DNA from: an uncultured candidatus Porisulfidus sp.
GTDB taxonomy: Bacteria; Pseudomonadota; Gammaproteobacteria; Poriferisulfidales; Poriferisulfidaceae
Assembly (NCBI GenBank): GCA_965116025.1
Contig: OZ220480.1
Span: 193,335-257,334 of the forward strand
Direction: 5' to 3'
Length of the DNA stretch: 64,000 bases
Position 1 is the first letter of the stretch, and every line of letters starts with the position of its first letter. A model generated the notes under the pieces. It had not been told where the DNA came from and searched no databases. It was given only the letters and a program-made list of their open reading frames with translations. Below are positions 8,124 through 20,875 of the stretch, one piece after another. Position numbers and translations under genes: made by a program.

Positions 8124-9308
8124 ATGATTTTCTGGGCCCGCCGAGCCCGAAGCCGGACTTTCAGGAGACGTTACTTGGCCAAACGCGCGTTGCTCGCTCT
8201 CGAAAACGGCGCGTTGTTTTTCGGAGATTCCATCGGGGCGAACGTCACCGCCATCGGGGAGGTCGTCTTCAACACCTCCATCACGGGCTACCAGGAAATC
8301 TTGACTGACCCGTCGTATTGCCGCCAACTGATCACGCTGACGCATCCGCATATCGGGAACGTCGGGGCGAATGACGAAGACAGCGAATCCGGCGCTCCGG
8401 CGCGCGCCGCTGGCCTGATCGCGCGCGATGTCCCTGCGCGCGCGAGCAACTGGCGCGCCAAGCGGTCTTTAGGGGATTTTCTTGACGAGCACGGACTGCC
8501 TGGGATCGTGGGCATCGACACGCGCCGCCTCACGCGAATCCTGCGCGACCAAGGAGCCCAGTCGGGTTGCCTCACGACCGATGTCTCCGACCCGGACCAA
8601 GCGGTCGATCAGGCCCGCGCGTTCCCGGGGCTAGCGGGAATGGATTTGGCGCGAGAAGTCTCCACGAAGGAGTCGTACGAGTGGGACGAGGGACCTTGGG
8701 GGGCAATGCCAGACGAGCTGCCGCCCGCGCGATATCGAGTTGTGGCTTACGACTACGGGATCAAGCGAAACATTCTCCGCCTCCTGCGCGCGCGCGGATG
8801 CGCGGTCACGGTCGTGCCGGCCAAGACCCCGGCATCCGAGGTGCTGAGCCGGGATCCAGATGGAGTTTTTCTATCCAACGGACCTGGAGATCCAGATCCA
8901 TGCACGTACGCCCGGGACACGATCCGAGAATTGATCCAGACCCGGACTCCGATGTTCGGCATCTGCCTTGGTTGCCAGTTGCTCGGCTTGGCCAACGGAG
9001 CGCGCACGGTCAAGATGAAGACCGGGCATCACGGAGCCAACCACCCAGTTCTCGAGATGGACACGGGCCGGGTTCTGATCAGTAGTCAGAACCATGGTTT
9101 CGCGATTGAGGAAGAGTCTCTTCCAGAATGCCTGCGCTTGACCCACCGCTCGCTTTTCGACGGCACCGTGCAAGGCATCCGGCATGTCGAGGCCCCAGCG
9201 TTCGCTTTCCAAGGACACCCGGAAGCGAGCCCCGGGCCACGCGACTTGGCTGGCTTGTTCGATCAGTTCATCGACCTGATGCGGCATCGCCCCGGACGAC
9301 TTGGTTAA
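8124..9308 (+). CDS. carA: carbamoyl-phosphate synthase small (glutaminase) subunit
   Basis: [18 protein letters not shown]..., GICLGCQLL catalytic Cys motif, HGANHPV. The true start is probably the internal TTG near 8174. Confidence 0.92.
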   Translation: MIFWARRARSRTFRRRYLAKRALLALENGALFFGDSIGANVTAIGEVVFNTSITGYQEILTDPSYCRQLITLTHPHIGNVGANDEDSESGAPARAAGLIARDVPARASNWRAKRSLGDFLDEHGLPGIVGIDTRRLTRILRDQGAQSGCLTTDVSDPDQAVDQARAFPGLAGMDLAREVSTKESYEWDEGPWGAMPDELPPARYRVVAYDYGIKRNILRLLRARGCAVTVVPAKTPASEVLSRDPDGVFLSNGPGDPDPCTYARDTIRELIQTRTPMFGICLGCQLLGLANGARTVKMKTGHHGANHPVLEMDTGRVLISSQNHGFAIEEESLPECLRLTHRSLFDGTVQGIRHVEAPAFAFQGHPEASPGPRDLAGLFDQFIDLMRHRPGRLG

Positions 9309-9312
9309 CGCC

Positions 9313-12300
9313 ATGGCGAAGCGGACCGATATCGAGAGCGTCCTCGTGATCGGGGCAGGACCAATCGTCATCGGCCAAGCCTGCGAATTCGATTACTCCG
9401 GGGCGCAAGCTTGCAAGGCGCTACGCGAGGAAGGCTACCGCGTCATCTTGGTCAACTCCAACCCCGCCACCATCATGACCGACCCGCAGATGGCGCAATC
9501 CATTTATATCGAGCCAGTCGAGTGGCGAACGCTGTCGCGCGTCATTGAGCGTGAGAAGCCGGACGCGTTGTTACCAACCATGGGCGGACAGACCGCGTTG
9601 AACTGCACGCTGGACCTGCATCGAGAGGGAACGTTGCAGGCTCATGGCGTGGAGTTGATTGGCGCCTCCCTTGAAGCCATCGCGATGGCCGAGGACCGGC
9701 AACTGTTCCGGGAGGCTATGGAGGAGATCGGGCTGGAGCAGGCGCGGTCCCGGGTGGTGCGCGGCGTGGAGGAGGCGCTGGGCTTTCAGCCCCACATCGG
9801 CTATCCCGTCATCGCGCGGCCCTCGTTCACCTTGGGCGGAACGGGAGGGGGCGTGGCCAGGAGCGAGGAGGAGCTCAGGCGCGTCGTCGCGCACGGGTTG
9901 GATCTGTCGCCCACCCGCGAGGTCCTTTTGGAGGAATCTCTTCTGGGCTGGAAGGAATTCGAGATGGAGGTGGTCCGCGACGCCAAGGACAACTGCATCA
10001 TCGTCTGCTCGATCGAGAATCTGGATCCGATGGGGGTGCACACCGGAGACTCGATCACGGTCGCGCCAGCGCAGACCTTGACGGACAAGGAATACCAGCG
10101 GATGCGCGACGCCTCCATCGCGGTATTGCGCAAGATCGGCGTGGACACTGGTGGTTCCAACGTGCAGTTCGCGACGCATCCAGGAACTGGGCGATTGCTC
10201 ATCATCGAGATGAACCCGCGCGTCTCGCGCTCCTCGGCGCTGGCCTCCAAAGCGACCGGATTTCCTATCGCCAAGGTGGCGGCCCGCCTGGCCGTGGGCT
10301 ACACCCTGGACGAGTTGCGCAACGACATCACGGACGGCGCGACTCCGTGCTCGTTCGAGCCGACTCTGGATTACATCGTGACCAAGATCCCGCGCTTCAC
10401 GTTCGAGAAGTTTCCGCAGGCGGAACCGCTCCTGACGACCCAGATGAAATCGGTCGGGGAGGCGATGGCGATCGGGCGCACCTTCCAGGAATCCTTGCAG
10501 AAGGCGTTGCGTAGCTTGGAGACTGGGCAATGCGGACTGGATCCGCTTGGCCCGATGGATCGGGAAGAGCGGAAAGATCGGCTAGTCCACCCGGATCCGC
10601 ATCGGCTGAGACATGTCGCCGACGCCTTGCGCGAGGGCTGGAGCCTGGAGGAGATCCACGAACTGACCGGCATCGATCCGTGGTTCATCGCGGAAATCGA
10701 GGATCTTGTGGCGCGTGAGCGAGCCCTGTCGGGAAGGGACTTGGACGACTTGTCGAGGGAAGAGTTGCTCGTCCTGAAGCGCGCCGGGTTTTCGGACCGG
10801 CGCCTAGGGCAATTGCTTCATGTGGATGAGGAAGACGTGCGCGCGCGGCGTCACGCGCAGGGCCTGCGGCCAGTATACAAGCGGGTCGACACTTGCGCGG
10901 CGGAGTTTCCGACTTCCACGGCCTATCTCTACTCCACCTACGAGGAGGAATGCGAGGCCCGACCGACGAACGCGCGGAAAGTGGTGGTGCTCGGCGGCGG
11001 CCCAAACCGAATCGGACAGGGCATCGAATTCGACTACTGTTGCGTGCATGCCGCGCAGAGCGCGCGCGAGCTGGGCTTCGAGACCATCATGGTCAACTGC
11101 AATCCAGAGACGGTCTCCACCGATTACGACACTTCCGATCGTCTGTATTTCGAGCCTCTCGCGCTGGAGGACGTGCTGGAGATCCTGCATGTCGAGCGTC
11201 CGTACGGAGTGATCGTCCAGTTCGGGGGGCAGACTCCCCTGAAACTCGCTCAAGGATTGGCGCGGGCGGGGATCCCGATCCTGGGCACGTCCCCGGACGC
11301 GATCGACGCTTCCGAGGATCGAGAGCGCTTTACCGGAGTGCTTGATCGCCTAGGCCTGCGTCAGCCGCCGGGGGGAACGGCGCGCGACCGCGAGGGAGCG
11401 CTGAGGTTGGCCCGCGAACTAGGCTATCCTTTGGTCGTGCGGCCTTCCTACGTGCTGGGTGGGCGGGCGATGGAGATCGTGTTCGACGAAGTGGAACTCG
11501 AGCGCTACATCAAGGACGCGGTCCAAGTGTCCGACCAGACCCCGGTGTTGCTCGATCGCTATTTGCAGGACGCGGTGGAAGTCGATGTCGACGTGGTGCG
11601 CGATGGGGAGGAAACGCTGATCGGAGGGATCATGCAACACATCGAGCAGGCCGGGATCCACTCCGGGGATTCGGCCTGCTCCCTGCCCGTCTACTCGATC
11701 GAGGAACCGGTCCTGGATATCCTGCGCGACCAAGCCACGGCGCTGGCGCGCGCGCTGGAGGTGGTGGGCCTGATGAATATTCAGTTCGCGGTGCGGGGAG
11801 ACTCGATCTACGTGATCGAGGCCAACCCCCGCGCCTCGCGTACCGTGCCGTTCGTTTCCAAAGTGACCGGTCGCTCGCTGGCGCGGATCGCGACCGCCTG
11901 CATGCTGGGCCGGTCCTTGCGCGAGCAAGACTGCCGCGAGGAGGCGCGGCTGGAATACTTCGCGGTTAAGGAAGCGGTGTTTCCCTTTCTCAAATTCTCG
12001 GGGGTCGACCCGATCTTGGGCCCGGAGATGAAGTCGACCGGCGAGGTGATGGGGGTTGGCGAGCGCTTCGAGGAGGCGTTCGCCAAATCGCAACGCGCGG
12101 CCGGGGTGCGCATCCCAACTGGCGGGCGAGCCCTGATCAGCGTGCGAGACCAGGATAAGCCTGGATGCTCTCGGTTGGCGCGCGAACTGCTCGCGGCTGG
12201 CTTCGAACTGGTGGCGACCCACGGAACGGCGGAACACTTGCGCCAGGAAGGCCTGGACTGCGCTGGCATCAACAAGGTGGCGCAAGGCTCGCCTCATGTC

Positions 12301-12552
12301 GTTGACAGGATTCGGGGCGGCGAGATCGACTTGATCATAAACACGACCCAAGACAAGCTGGCGATCCGCGATTCGCTAGCCATTCGCCGGGAAGCGCTGC
12401 AACGTCAAGTTTGCTACACGACGACCTTGACCGGCGCCAGCGCGTTGGTCCGCGTGTTAAAATCCGAGGTGATCGAGGATGTGTATCAATTGCAAGCCTT
12501 GCACGAGAAGCGCGTGCGCCGGATGCCGGCGCGAGATGATGTTTCCGAATAG
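9313..12552 (+). CDS. carB: carbamoyl-phosphate synthase large subunit
   Basis: [37 protein letters not shown]..., two ATP-grasp halves and an MGS-like C-terminus. The ORF track begins at 9301; ATG 9313 follows the carA stop. Confidence 0.95.
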   Translation: MAKRTDIESVLVIGAGPIVIGQACEFDYSGAQACKALREEGYRVILVNSNPATIMTDPQMAQSIYIEPVEWRTLSRVIEREKPDALLPTMGGQTALNCTLDLHREGTLQAHGVELIGASLEAIAMAEDRQLFREAMEEIGLEQARSRVVRGVEEALGFQPHIGYPVIARPSFTLGGTGGGVARSEEELRRVVAHGLDLSPTREVLLEESLLGWKEFEMEVVRDAKDNCIIVCSIENLDPMGVHTGDSITVAPAQTLTDKEYQRMRDASIAVLRKIGVDTGGSNVQFATHPGTGRLLIIEMNPRVSRSSALASKATGFPIAKVAARLAVGYTLDELRNDITDGATPCSFEPTLDYIVTKIPRFTFEKFPQAEPLLTTQMKSVGEAMAIGRTFQESLQKALRSLETGQCGLDPLGPMDREERKDRLVHPDPHRLRHVADALREGWSLEEIHELTGIDPWFIAEIEDLVARERALSGRDLDDLSREELLVLKRAGFSDRRLGQLLHVDEEDVRARRHAQGLRPVYKRVDTCAAEFPTSTAYLYSTYEEECEARPTNARKVVVLGGGPNRIGQGIEFDYCCVHAAQSARELGFETIMVNCNPETVSTDYDTSDRLYFEPLALEDVLEILHVERPYGVIVQFGGQTPLKLAQGLARAGIPILGTSPDAIDASEDRERFTGVLDRLGLRQPPGGTARDREGALRLARELGYPLVVRPSYVLGGRAMEIVFDEVELERYIKDAVQVSDQTPVLLDRYLQDAVEVDVDVVRDGEETLIGGIMQHIEQAGIHSGDSACSLPVYSIEEPVLDILRDQATALARALEVVGLMNIQFAVRGDSIYVIEANPRASRTVPFVSKVTGRSLARIATACMLGRSLREQDCREEARLEYFAVKEAVFPFLKFSGVDPILGPEMKSTGEVMGVGERFEEAFAKSQRAAGVRIPTGGRALISVRDQDKPGCSRLARELLAAGFELVATHGTAEHLRQEGLDCAGINKVAQGSPHVVDRIRGGEIDLIINTTQDKLAIRDSLAIRREALQRQVCYTTTLTGASALVRVLKSEVIEDVYQLQALHEKRVRRMPARDDVSE

Positions 12553-12561
12553 ACCGGGAGA

Positions 12562-13041
12562 TTGATGGGCATGGTGCCAATGACCGCGCGCGGGGCCTCC
12601 CTCTTGCGCGAAGAGCTTGAGCGGCTCAAGCGAGTGGAGCGCCCGGCCGTCATCCAAGCGATCGCTGAGGCGCGCGCCCATGGGGATTTGCGCGAGAACT
12701 ACGAGTACAAGGCGGCGCGGGATCAGCAAGGATTCCTGGAAGGACGCATCAAGGAAATCGAGGCCAAGCTATCTCGCGCGCAGGTCATAGACATCTCCGA
12801 ACTGCAACTCAACGGCAAGGTGGTGTTCGGCACCACGGTGGAATTGGTCGACTTGGAATCTGGAGAGCGGGTGCGCTACCAGATTGTTGGCGAGGATGAG
12901 GCGGATATCGAGAAAGACCGGCTCTCGGTGCATACGCCGATCGCTCGGGCGTTGATCGGACGCCCGGAGGGAGAAGAGATAACGGTGGAAACGCCGGGCG
13001 GGAAAAGGGTTTTCGAAATTGTCGCGGTGCGCCGCGAATAA
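12562..13041 (+). CDS. greA: transcription elongation factor GreA
   Basis: [18 protein letters not shown]...[25 protein letters not shown], full-length GreA. Confidence 0.93.
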   Translation: MMGMVPMTARGASLLREELERLKRVERPAVIQAIAEARAHGDLRENYEYKAARDQQGFLEGRIKEIEAKLSRAQVIDISELQLNGKVVFGTTVELVDLESGERVRYQIVGEDEADIEKDRLSVHTPIARALIGRPEGEEITVETPGGKRVFEIVAVRRE

Positions 13042-13118
13042 TCAGGACCGCGTAGACCGCTCGCTTACCACCATCCCGCCGCTCTTCACGGGCGTACAAT
13101 GACTCTTGCGTTCACGAG

Positions 13119-15929
13119 TTGAAGCGGCGCATGCGAAAAACCACCATTTCGACCTCTTGGTTCATTCGCTGGACCCTCGTCGCTCTGACGCTGATTCTGG
13201 CCGCGTCCCCGGCGTGGGCCGAAAGCGCGTCAAAGCCATCCGGCGATTTAGAGCAAGTGACGGTGACTGGATCTCGCATCAAGCGGACGTTGCAACAGGA
13301 TGTCGCCACGCCACTGGCGAGCTACGATTTGGAAGATCTTCGGAATCTGGGCGCCAGCGATATCCGGGATCTGGTGCAGTCGCTGCCCGGCAACGCCGGC
13401 GCCCAGAACAACGCTGACGCTCTTTCGCAGAACTACACGGTCGGCACCTCGAACATTAATCTTCGCGGACTCGGAGTGTCCTCGACCTTGGTGCTGCTCA
13501 ACGGTCGCCGGCAGGTCGTCTCGGCGCTTCCCACCATCGACGGATCTAGTTTCGTGGATCTGTCGGCATTGGTGCCGACGCTCGCGTTGGAGAGGGTCGA
13601 GATCCTGAAAGACGGAGCGGCCGCGGTCTATGGTTCAGACGCTATCGCCGGCGTCGCCAATTTCGTCACCCGCTCCGATTTTCGAGGATTCGAAGTAGCG
13701 GCCGAGCGTCGCGAGCGGACCAACGACGGATCCCAGTCGGATGATCGCGTGGAACTCGTGTATGGACGAGATTTTATAGAATCTGGCGATCTGCTGCTCG
13801 CGCTGAGTTATTTGGATCGGACGCGGCTGGTTATGGATGAGGTTTCTTGGGTCACCCCGTCGTGGAGCACCGCGGCGAATCCTGGTAATTTCGTCATGTT
13901 GGGCGAGACGGCTTTGCCGGACGGAACCCGGCTAGCGTCCGGCGCGATCACGGCCGCGCCCCATTGCTCCGAGCACGTCCCGCCAGCCAGTTACGTCCCG
14001 CCAGCGGCCTTCGCCAAGAACTCTGGAACGCACAGCGTCTGTCGTTTCGACTATGGACCGCAGGTTACGGTCGTGCCAGAGGAAGAGCGAGTCCAGGCTT
14101 TCGCCCAACTCAAATTCGGTCTTGGCGAGAAGGCCCGCCTGACGGCGGAACTCGGCTACGCGCGAAACGATATCCGCCGCCTCATCTCTCCCAGCCTTCC
14201 CGCCATCAGTCCCAATCTGTCCTACATTCCGGCCATGCACCCCGGCAACCCGTTCCGAAATGACGATGGCGACCCAGTCGCGGCGCGCTACATCGGTCGC
14301 GTATATGGTGTCAGCGAGCCGCCCGAGACCAACGATTTCAAGAACGAGACAAGCCGCATGGCGCTGATGGCCGAAGGCGACGCGACTGACCGTCTGTCGT
14401 GGGAAATGTCCTTCCTGCATGCCCGTAGCGATATCGATTGGCGGATCCCCGACACGCTATACCGCAATCTGCAGAGCGCCATGGGCGCGGGCGAGAACGA
14501 TACCGCCTTGCTCGGCGTGGGCCCGGACTGTCCAGTCGATCGCGGCGCTCTTGAGAAAGGAGATGTCTGCCTGTTCTACAATCCGTTCAGCGTCGCCAAC
14601 AAGGTGCTGGCCATGACTTGGGATGGCGGCGCGTTCGGAGGAACGCGCGCTGGCACGGCGGGCGAGCAAGCGTTCATGCGCGACTATCTTCTCGCGGACG
14701 CGCTTGGCGCCGCCGAATCCGAGTTGAACGTCTTCGAGGCGGTTTTGACCGGCGATGGAATGTCTCTGCCAGGCGGCAATCTAGTCGGCTACGCCCTCGG
14801 CATTCAGTACCGAGACGAAACCATTCGTGGCGATTTCAGCTCGCTCTTCAACGACTTCGAGTTCTCGTTCGTAGGGGGAGGCCCCGACTATTCTGGCTCC
14901 CGGGACGCTATCGCCGTCTTCGGTGAGGTTTTGTTGCCTTTGGGGCCGGATCTTGAGGCGACGCTTGGCGCGCGCCATGAGGACTACGGAGGCGCCATCG
15001 GTAGCGCGACCGATCCGAAGCTGTCTCTGCTCTGGACGCCAACGAACATTCTTTCGCTACGCGCTTCCGCGAGCAGCTCGTTCCGCGCTCCCGCGTTGCA
15101 CCAAACGCAGGGCGTGCAAACGTCCTTCTCCGATATCGTGGAAGGCGGGCGACAGTTCTTCGTCCCCAACCTGACCTACGGCAACGAGAATCTAAAACCG
15201 GAAACCGCCACGTCTCTGAATCTGGGCGGCTCCATAGCCGTGGAAGATTGGGAGCTCAACCTGGATTACTGGAACTTTCGCTTCGAGGACGCTCTGGCGC
15301 GCGAGAACCCTCAGTCGGTCGTCGAGGCCGACGCGCGACGCGTCGCCGCTGGCGAGGAGAGCCGTGTGATTCGCACGGCGGACGGAACGGTCGCTCGCGT
15401 TCGCACTCGATACATCAACACCGACGAGATCCGCGCCTCTGGATTGGATTTCTCGGTCAGCGGGAGAATCTGGACGGAATTCGGGAGCCTCCTTCCCGGC
15501 TTGCGGGCGACGCGCGTCCTCGAATACGAGATCACGCGCCCCGACGGGCGAAAGATCGATGGGGCCGGCTACCTGAATTTCGCCAATATTGGCAGTCCCA
15601 TGCCGGAATGGCGTGGCGCGCTGAGTCTGGTCTGGCGGCGCGGCGACCACCAAGCGGGCTTGACTCTCAACTACACGGATGGCTATCAGTATCGCCGCTC
15701 AGTCGCGGCCTTGGATCGCATCGATTCCACTACCACCCTTGATTTCCAGTATCGCCTCACTCTCGGAGGACTGTTCGACTCGGATTCCGAGACATCGCTG
15801 ACGGCCGGGGCGCTCAACATCATGGACGAGGACCCACCGTACGTGAACATACCCGGTGGGTACGACTCGCGCACCGCCGACCCACGGGGGCGACGGGCGT
15901 ACGTGTCGATCCGGTCCCGTTTCGAATGA
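13119..15929 (+). CDS. TonB-dependent outer-membrane receptor
   Basis: 936 aa. Signal peptide, plug-domain motifs (LEQVTVTGSRI, INLRGLG, VLLNGRR, ERVEILKDGAAAVYGSDAIAGVANFVT), and a long beta-barrel. Confidence 0.88.
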   Translation: MKRRMRKTTISTSWFIRWTLVALTLILAASPAWAESASKPSGDLEQVTVTGSRIKRTLQQDVATPLASYDLEDLRNLGASDIRDLVQSLPGNAGAQNNADALSQNYTVGTSNINLRGLGVSSTLVLLNGRRQVVSALPTIDGSSFVDLSALVPTLALERVEILKDGAAAVYGSDAIAGVANFVTRSDFRGFEVAAERRERTNDGSQSDDRVELVYGRDFIESGDLLLALSYLDRTRLVMDEVSWVTPSWSTAANPGNFVMLGETALPDGTRLASGAITAAPHCSEHVPPASYVPPAAFAKNSGTHSVCRFDYGPQVTVVPEEERVQAFAQLKFGLGEKARLTAELGYARNDIRRLISPSLPAISPNLSYIPAMHPGNPFRNDDGDPVAARYIGRVYGVSEPPETNDFKNETSRMALMAEGDATDRLSWEMSFLHARSDIDWRIPDTLYRNLQSAMGAGENDTALLGVGPDCPVDRGALEKGDVCLFYNPFSVANKVLAMTWDGGAFGGTRAGTAGEQAFMRDYLLADALGAAESELNVFEAVLTGDGMSLPGGNLVGYALGIQYRDETIRGDFSSLFNDFEFSFVGGGPDYSGSRDAIAVFGEVLLPLGPDLEATLGARHEDYGGAIGSATDPKLSLLWTPTNILSLRASASSSFRAPALHQTQGVQTSFSDIVEGGRQFFVPNLTYGNENLKPETATSLNLGGSIAVEDWELNLDYWNFRFEDALARENPQSVVEADARRVAAGEESRVIRTADGTVARVRTRYINTDEIRASGLDFSVSGRIWTEFGSLLPGLRATRVLEYEITRPDGRKIDGAGYLNFANIGSPMPEWRGALSLVWRRGDHQAGLTLNYTDGYQYRRSVAALDRIDSTTTLDFQYRLTLGGLFDSDSETSLTAGALNIMDEDPPYVNIPGGYDSRTADPRGRRAYVSIRSRFE

Positions 15930-16074
15930 AAACAGATTTTTGATTCGACGGGCGCGCCCTCGCCTCGCGGCGATCAGGAAGAATCGGGACGAAACGCCAT
16001 TGACGATTTTCGCGCGCGTGATTCGATAAGCGGGTGTATAATTAGCGGCAGGAGATCATCCGGGTTCCAAAGAG

Positions 16075-16098
16075 AAGCCCCCGAAAGGGGGTTTCTGT
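16075..16098 (+). promoter_or_regulatory. GC hairpin plus U-tract in the rimP-nusA-infB leader (possible attenuator)
   Basis: AAGCCCCC-GAAA-GGGGGTTT followed by CTGTT, 15 nt before the rimP start and downstream of an extended -10-like TGTATAAT (16035-16042). Confidence 0.3.
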
Positions 16099-16112
16099 TA
16101 GGTGCGGGAGGA

Positions 16113-16586
16113 ATGTTGATGAGGGCCGATGGCGCGACTCACACATTGAGATCCCTGGTCGCTCCCCAAGTCGAGAAAATGGGCTATGAGTTATGGGGGC
16201 TGGTGTGCCGGCTCGGCGCGCGCCAGGGTCGGGTGTGCGTGTATATAGACCATCCGGACGGCATCAGCCATGCGGATTGCGAGGTCGTGAGCGACCAAGT
16301 GAGCGGATTGCTGGACGTGGCGGATCCGATTCGAACCCCGTATCGGCTGGAGGTTTCCTCGCCGGGGCTGGACCGGCCGTTGCTGTGTCCGGAACACTTC
16401 CGGCGTTATCGGGGCTCGCGGGTCGACATGCGCTTGCGCTGGCCGCTGGAAGGACGCCGCCGTCTGTTTGGGCGAGTGGAGGAAGCCGACGGTGACGCCG
16501 TGGAAATCCGGGAGGAGGATGGGCGGACGTTCGTGGTTCCGTACAACGTGATCGCGCGGGCGCGATTGCATTACGAGGAGGAATGA
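16113..16586 (+). CDS. rimP: ribosome maturation factor RimP
   Basis: VEKMGYELWGL...YRLEVSSPGLDRPL motif. Position upstream of nusA. Confidence 0.9.
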   Translation: MLMRADGATHTLRSLVAPQVEKMGYELWGLVCRLGARQGRVCVYIDHPDGISHADCEVVSDQVSGLLDVADPIRTPYRLEVSSPGLDRPLLCPEHFRRYRGSRVDMRLRWPLEGRRRLFGRVEEADGDAVEIREEDGRTFVVPYNVIARARLHYEEE

Positions 16587-16592
16587 CTGGCG

Positions 16593-18089
16593 ATGGGCGA
16601 TGACGTGATAGACGTTCTGGGCGTGGTTGATGCCGCTTCCGCGGAGAAGGGCATTGAGCGCGAAGTGATTTTCGAGGCTCTGGAGATGGCGCTGGCCGCC
16701 GCGACCCGCAAGAATCTGGGTGGCGATGCCGACGTTCGCATCGCCATCGACCGGGAAACGGGAACCTACGAGACCTTCCGGCGCTGGCTGGTGATGGCGG
16801 ACGACGACCCCGAGTTTCAGTCGCCCGATGGGCAGAGGCTGTTGAGCGTCGCGCGGCAGACCGATCCGGGGGACCCAAAGCTTGAGGTCGGAGACTACAT
16901 TGAGGAACCGATCGATTCAGTAGACATCGCGCGGATTTCCGCGCATACCGCCAAGCAGGTCATCGTGCAAAAAGTGCGCGAGGCGGAGCGAGCGCAGATC
17001 GCGGAAGCCTACCAGGACAAGGTCGGCGAGTTGCTCATTGGGATCGTCAAGCGAGTCGAGAACTCTGGGGCTTACATAGACTTGGGCGGCAACACGGAAG
17101 GATTCATTCCGCGAGAGGACACCATCCAGCGCGAAATCATTCGCACGGGCAACCGACTGCGCGCCTATCTGCGCGAGGTGCGCGAGGAAGCCCGAGGCCC
17201 GCAACTGATCCTGTCCCGGACCGTTCCGGAGTTCCTGGTCCAGCTGTTTCACTTGGAGGTTCCAGAGATCGACCAAGGACTCATCGAGATCGTGGGAGCG
17301 GCTCGGGACCCAGGAATTCGCGCCAAGATCGCGGTGCGCACCAACGATTCGCGACTGGACCCGGTCGGCGCCTGCGTGGGCATGCGGGGATCCCGGGTGC
17401 AGGCGGTCTCCAACGAGCTTTCGGGCGAGCGCATAGACATCATCACCTGGAACGAGAACGCGGCGCAATACGTGATCAACGCCATGTCGTTGCCTTCGGT
17501 CGACGAGATCGTTCAGGACGAGGAAGGGAAGGTTATGGACATCGCGGTCGAGGAGGATCGTCTGTCGCAGGCGATTGGCCGCAACGGGCAGAATGTCCGT
17601 CTGGCGAGCCAGCTGACCGGTTGGACGCTGAACGTCATGACCGCGCAGGAGTTGCGCGAGAAAAGCGACCAGGAGCAACGGGCGCTGGAGGAGCGCTTCC
17701 AGCAAGAGCTGGATGTCGATGAGCACATCGCGGCGATTCTGGTGGAGAATGGCTTCCGCGAGATCCAGGAGTTGGCGTATGTCCCGGATCAAGATCTTCT
17801 GCAGGTGCCCGAATTCAACGAGCAAGTGGTGACGGAGCTAAAGGAGCGGGCGCGAGACAGTCTGGAGCAGAGCGCGGAGGTGGCGGAAGACGAGGATATC
17901 CTCAACGTCGAGGGAATGGATCCCGACCTCGCTATGCAACTGGCGCTTCATGGCATCACCACGCGGCGGCAGCTAGCGGAACTGGCCCTGGACGAGTTGC
18001 CCGAGATCGAGTCGTTGGACGAGGAGCGCGCGGGCGCCTTGATCATGAAAGCGCGAGAAAATCTGGAACTGCAGTTGCCGGACGCTTGA
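16593..18089 (+). CDS. nusA: transcription termination/antitermination factor NusA
   Basis: 498 aa with S1 and KH regions ([21 protein letters not shown]) and C-terminal acidic repeats. Confidence 0.95.
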   Translation: MGDDVIDVLGVVDAASAEKGIEREVIFEALEMALAAATRKNLGGDADVRIAIDRETGTYETFRRWLVMADDDPEFQSPDGQRLLSVARQTDPGDPKLEVGDYIEEPIDSVDIARISAHTAKQVIVQKVREAERAQIAEAYQDKVGELLIGIVKRVENSGAYIDLGGNTEGFIPREDTIQREIIRTGNRLRAYLREVREEARGPQLILSRTVPEFLVQLFHLEVPEIDQGLIEIVGAARDPGIRAKIAVRTNDSRLDPVGACVGMRGSRVQAVSNELSGERIDIITWNENAAQYVINAMSLPSVDEIVQDEEGKVMDIAVEEDRLSQAIGRNGQNVRLASQLTGWTLNVMTAQELREKSDQEQRALEERFQQELDVDEHIAAILVENGFREIQELAYVPDQDLLQVPEFNEQVVTELKERARDSLEQSAEVAEDEDILNVEGMDPDLAMQLALHGITTRRQLAELALDELPEIESLDEERAGALIMKARENLELQLPDA

Positions 18090-20500
18090 GGCGCGCCAAC
18101 ATGCCCACGATCGCCGAATACGCCCCATCCTTGCGCATGTCGCCCGAGCAGTTGCTCGCGATGTGCCAGCGGGCTGGACTGGCGAAGCGCGACGAGTCGG
18201 ACGCGCTCAGTGACGAGGACAAGAAACAGTTGGTGCGCTACATGCGCGGCGGCGGACCCATGGGCGCGACGCTGGTGAAGTCCCGGCCATCGGCTGGCCA
18301 GGTCGAGATCCCGAGGACGGGCGGACCCGGCCGCAATCGAGTCAAGGTCAAGCTCAAGGGCAAGTATCGCGTGGTGCGACCCAAGATCGAGACGAGTGAA
18401 AAGACGCCAGAGCCACCTGTCGAGCCCGCGCCCGAGGTCCAGTCCGGGTCCCCTGCCGAAGTGAAGTCGGAGGAGCCGCGAGAGGAGCGGCCGGAGAAGC
18501 CCGCCACGCAGCCCAAGGAAGAGAAGAAAACCCCTGCCGCGCCGCCTCGCTCTGGGCGAAAGGGTAAGCCGCGCTCCAAGCCGCGCGACGCCAAGGATTC
18601 TCGCGGCAAGGCGCCCTCAGGCCGAGGGCGGCGCCGTGGCCAGTTGCACATAGACGACCAACGCCGAACGCGCAAGCCACGCGCCAAGAAGCAGGGCAAG
18701 GTGGTGGTCGACAACAAGCATCAGTTCACCGAGCCAACCGCCCAGATCGTGCGGGAGGTCGTCTTGGGGGGGCCGATGACGGTGGCGGAGCTGGCGATGG
18801 CGATGGCGGTCAAAGCCTCCGCGGTGATCAAGACCATGATGGAACTGGGCGAGACGGCCACCATCAATGATGTGCTGGATCCCGACACCGCGGAGTTGGT
18901 CGTCGAGAACATGGGACACAAGGCGCGGCGCTCCCGCGACGAGGATGTGGAAGCGGGCTTGCTTTTGGATTCCGCGTCGGAAGGCGATCCCGTGCCGCGC
19001 CCGCCCGTGGTGACCGTCATGGGGCATGTCGATCATGGAAAAACCTCGTTGCTGGACCATCTGCGAGAAACTCGAGTGGCCGCCGGCGAGGCGGGCGGGA
19101 TCACCCAGCACATTGGCGCCTACCAGCTGGAGACGCCGCGCGGCAAGATCACGTTCCTGGACACGCCCGGGCACGCCGCGTTCACCGCGATGCGTGGACG
19201 TGGCGCTCGGTGCACCGACATCATCGTGCTGGTGGTCGCGGCCGACGATGGCGTGAAACCGCAAACCGAGGAGGCGATCCGGCACGCGCGGGAAGCGGAA
19301 GTCCCGATCATCGTGGCGATCAACAAGATTGATCGCGAAAACGCGGATATTGAGAAGGTGCGCACGGAGCTCACGGCTCTGGGCTTGCAGCCCGAAGATT
19401 GGGGCGGCGATACGATGTTCGTACCGGTCTCGGCCAAAACGGGAGAGGGAATGGACGCGTTGCTGGAGGCTATCTCCCTGCAAGCCGAATTGATGGACCT
19501 CAAAGCACCAGCCGAGGGCATGGCCCGTGGCGTGGTGATCGAATCCAGTCTGGATCGCGGCCGTGGCTCGACCGTGACGGTGCTGGTCGAGGAAGGACGT
19601 CTGCGTCAGCGCGATCTGCTTCTGTGCGGCCAGGAATACGGGCGAGTCAGAAGCATCTTCGACGACAACGGGCGAAAAGTCGACCAAGCGGGACCGTCTT
19701 CCCCGGTGCTGGCGCTGGGCTTGTCGGGAGTCCCCCAAGCGGGGGATCCTATGCATGTGGTGGCGGACGAGCAAAAGGCGAGGGAAATAGCCGATTATCG
19801 AAAGGAGGCAGCGCGACGCCAGCAGACGGACGAGCCGCGCGAGGCTAGCCTGGCCTGGGCGATGCAAATGGGCGAGGAGCGGAAAGCGGCACTCAATCTG
19901 ATCATCAAGACGGACGTGCGCGGGAGCGGCGAAGCCCTTCGGGGAGCGCTGGATGGCTTGTCCACCGACGAGGCGACTATCAAAATCGTGCTATCAGGGG
20001 TCGGGGGCATCAACGAATCCGATGCCTTGCTGGCGGATGCCTCCAAGTCCACCCTGCTAGGCTTCAACGTGCGCGCCGATAGCGCGGCGCGGCGCGTCGT
20101 CGCGGACCGAAGCCTGGACTTGCGCTATTACAGCGTGATCTACGAGCTGGTCGACGACATCAAGGAAATGCTGGAGAAGCAATTGGCTCCAGAAGTCCGC
20201 GAGGAGATCATGGGACTGGCGAACGTCATCGAGGTCTTCCGTTCCAGCAAGATGGGTCCAGTCGCCGGTAGTCGGGTGGACCAAGGCGTGGTCCAGCGAG
20301 GTGGCTACCCAATCCGGGTGCTACGCGACAACATAGTCATTTACGAGGGAGAACTAGAGTCTTTGCGGCGCCACAAGGAGGATGTCCAGGAAGTGCAGGC
20401 CGGTACTGAATGCGGCATAGCGGTGGCCAACTACAACGATGTGCAGGTCGGCGACCAGATCGAGGTGTACCGCCGCGTGGAGACCGCCCGCACGCTTTAA
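18086..20500 (+). CDS. infB: translation initiation factor IF-2
   Basis: GTPase core [29 protein letters not shown]. The start may instead be ATG 18101. Confidence 0.95.
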   Translation: MRRANMPTIAEYAPSLRMSPEQLLAMCQRAGLAKRDESDALSDEDKKQLVRYMRGGGPMGATLVKSRPSAGQVEIPRTGGPGRNRVKVKLKGKYRVVRPKIETSEKTPEPPVEPAPEVQSGSPAEVKSEEPREERPEKPATQPKEEKKTPAAPPRSGRKGKPRSKPRDAKDSRGKAPSGRGRRRGQLHIDDQRRTRKPRAKKQGKVVVDNKHQFTEPTAQIVREVVLGGPMTVAELAMAMAVKASAVIKTMMELGETATINDVLDPDTAELVVENMGHKARRSRDEDVEAGLLLDSASEGDPVPRPPVVTVMGHVDHGKTSLLDHLRETRVAAGEAGGITQHIGAYQLETPRGKITFLDTPGHAAFTAMRGRGARCTDIIVLVVAADDGVKPQTEEAIRHAREAEVPIIVAINKIDRENADIEKVRTELTALGLQPEDWGGDTMFVPVSAKTGEGMDALLEAISLQAELMDLKAPAEGMARGVVIESSLDRGRGSTVTVLVEEGRLRQRDLLLCGQEYGRVRSIFDDNGRKVDQAGPSSPVLALGLSGVPQAGDPMHVVADEQKAREIADYRKEAARRQQTDEPREASLAWAMQMGEERKAALNLIIKTDVRGSGEALRGALDGLSTDEATIKIVLSGVGGINESDALLADASKSTLLGFNVRADSAARRVVADRSLDLRYYSVIYELVDDIKEMLEKQLAPEVREEIMGLANVIEVFRSSKMGPVAGSRVDQGVVQRGGYPIRVLRDNIVIYEGELESLRRHKEDVQEVQAGTECGIAVANYNDVQVGDQIEVYRRVETARTL

Positions 20501-20509
20501 GGAAGGCGA

Positions 20510-20875
20510 GTGATTCCCGGACGGCGCCCGTTGGCGGTGGGCGAGCAAATGCGCCGGCTTCTCGGCTTGGCTCTGTTGCATGAGGCCAATGACCCGCGCT
20601 TGCGGCGGCTGACGGTCGCCGATGTCGTCATGAGCCGCGACCTCAAGCACGCCACCGTGTACGTAATCAGCGCCGAGACTCCAGATTCACGCCGTCGCGC
20701 GGAGATCGCCGCCGGGCTCACGCGCGGCATCCCGTTCTTTCGCCGGTTGATCGGCGCGCGCGCGGGCCTGCGCTATGTGCCAAAACTGCGTTTCGTTTTG
20801 GACGATACCGAGGATCGGGCGGAGCGGATCGAGAGCCTCCTGAAGGAATCCGCCCGCGCCAAGACGACCTCATGA
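20510..20875 (+). CDS. rbfA: ribosome-binding factor A
   Basis: 121 aa. RRPLAVGEQMRRLL...DPRL..LTVADVVMSRDLKHATVYV. Between infB and truB. Confidence 0.9.
   Translation: MIPGRRPLAVGEQMRRLLGLALLHEANDPRLRRLTVADVVMSRDLKHATVYVISAETPDSRRRAEIAAGLTRGIPFFRRLIGARAGLRYVPKLRFVLDDTEDRAERIESLLKESARAKTTS

Noticed and set aside
9571-10530. Long antisense or alternative-frame ORFs within carB, infB, dnaK, nusA, recN and the TonB receptor (e.g. 9571-10530-, 18617-19867-, 35325-36308+, 16917-17825-).
   Set aside because: They lie entirely inside well-supported conserved genes, and their composition is typical of GC-rich shadow frames.
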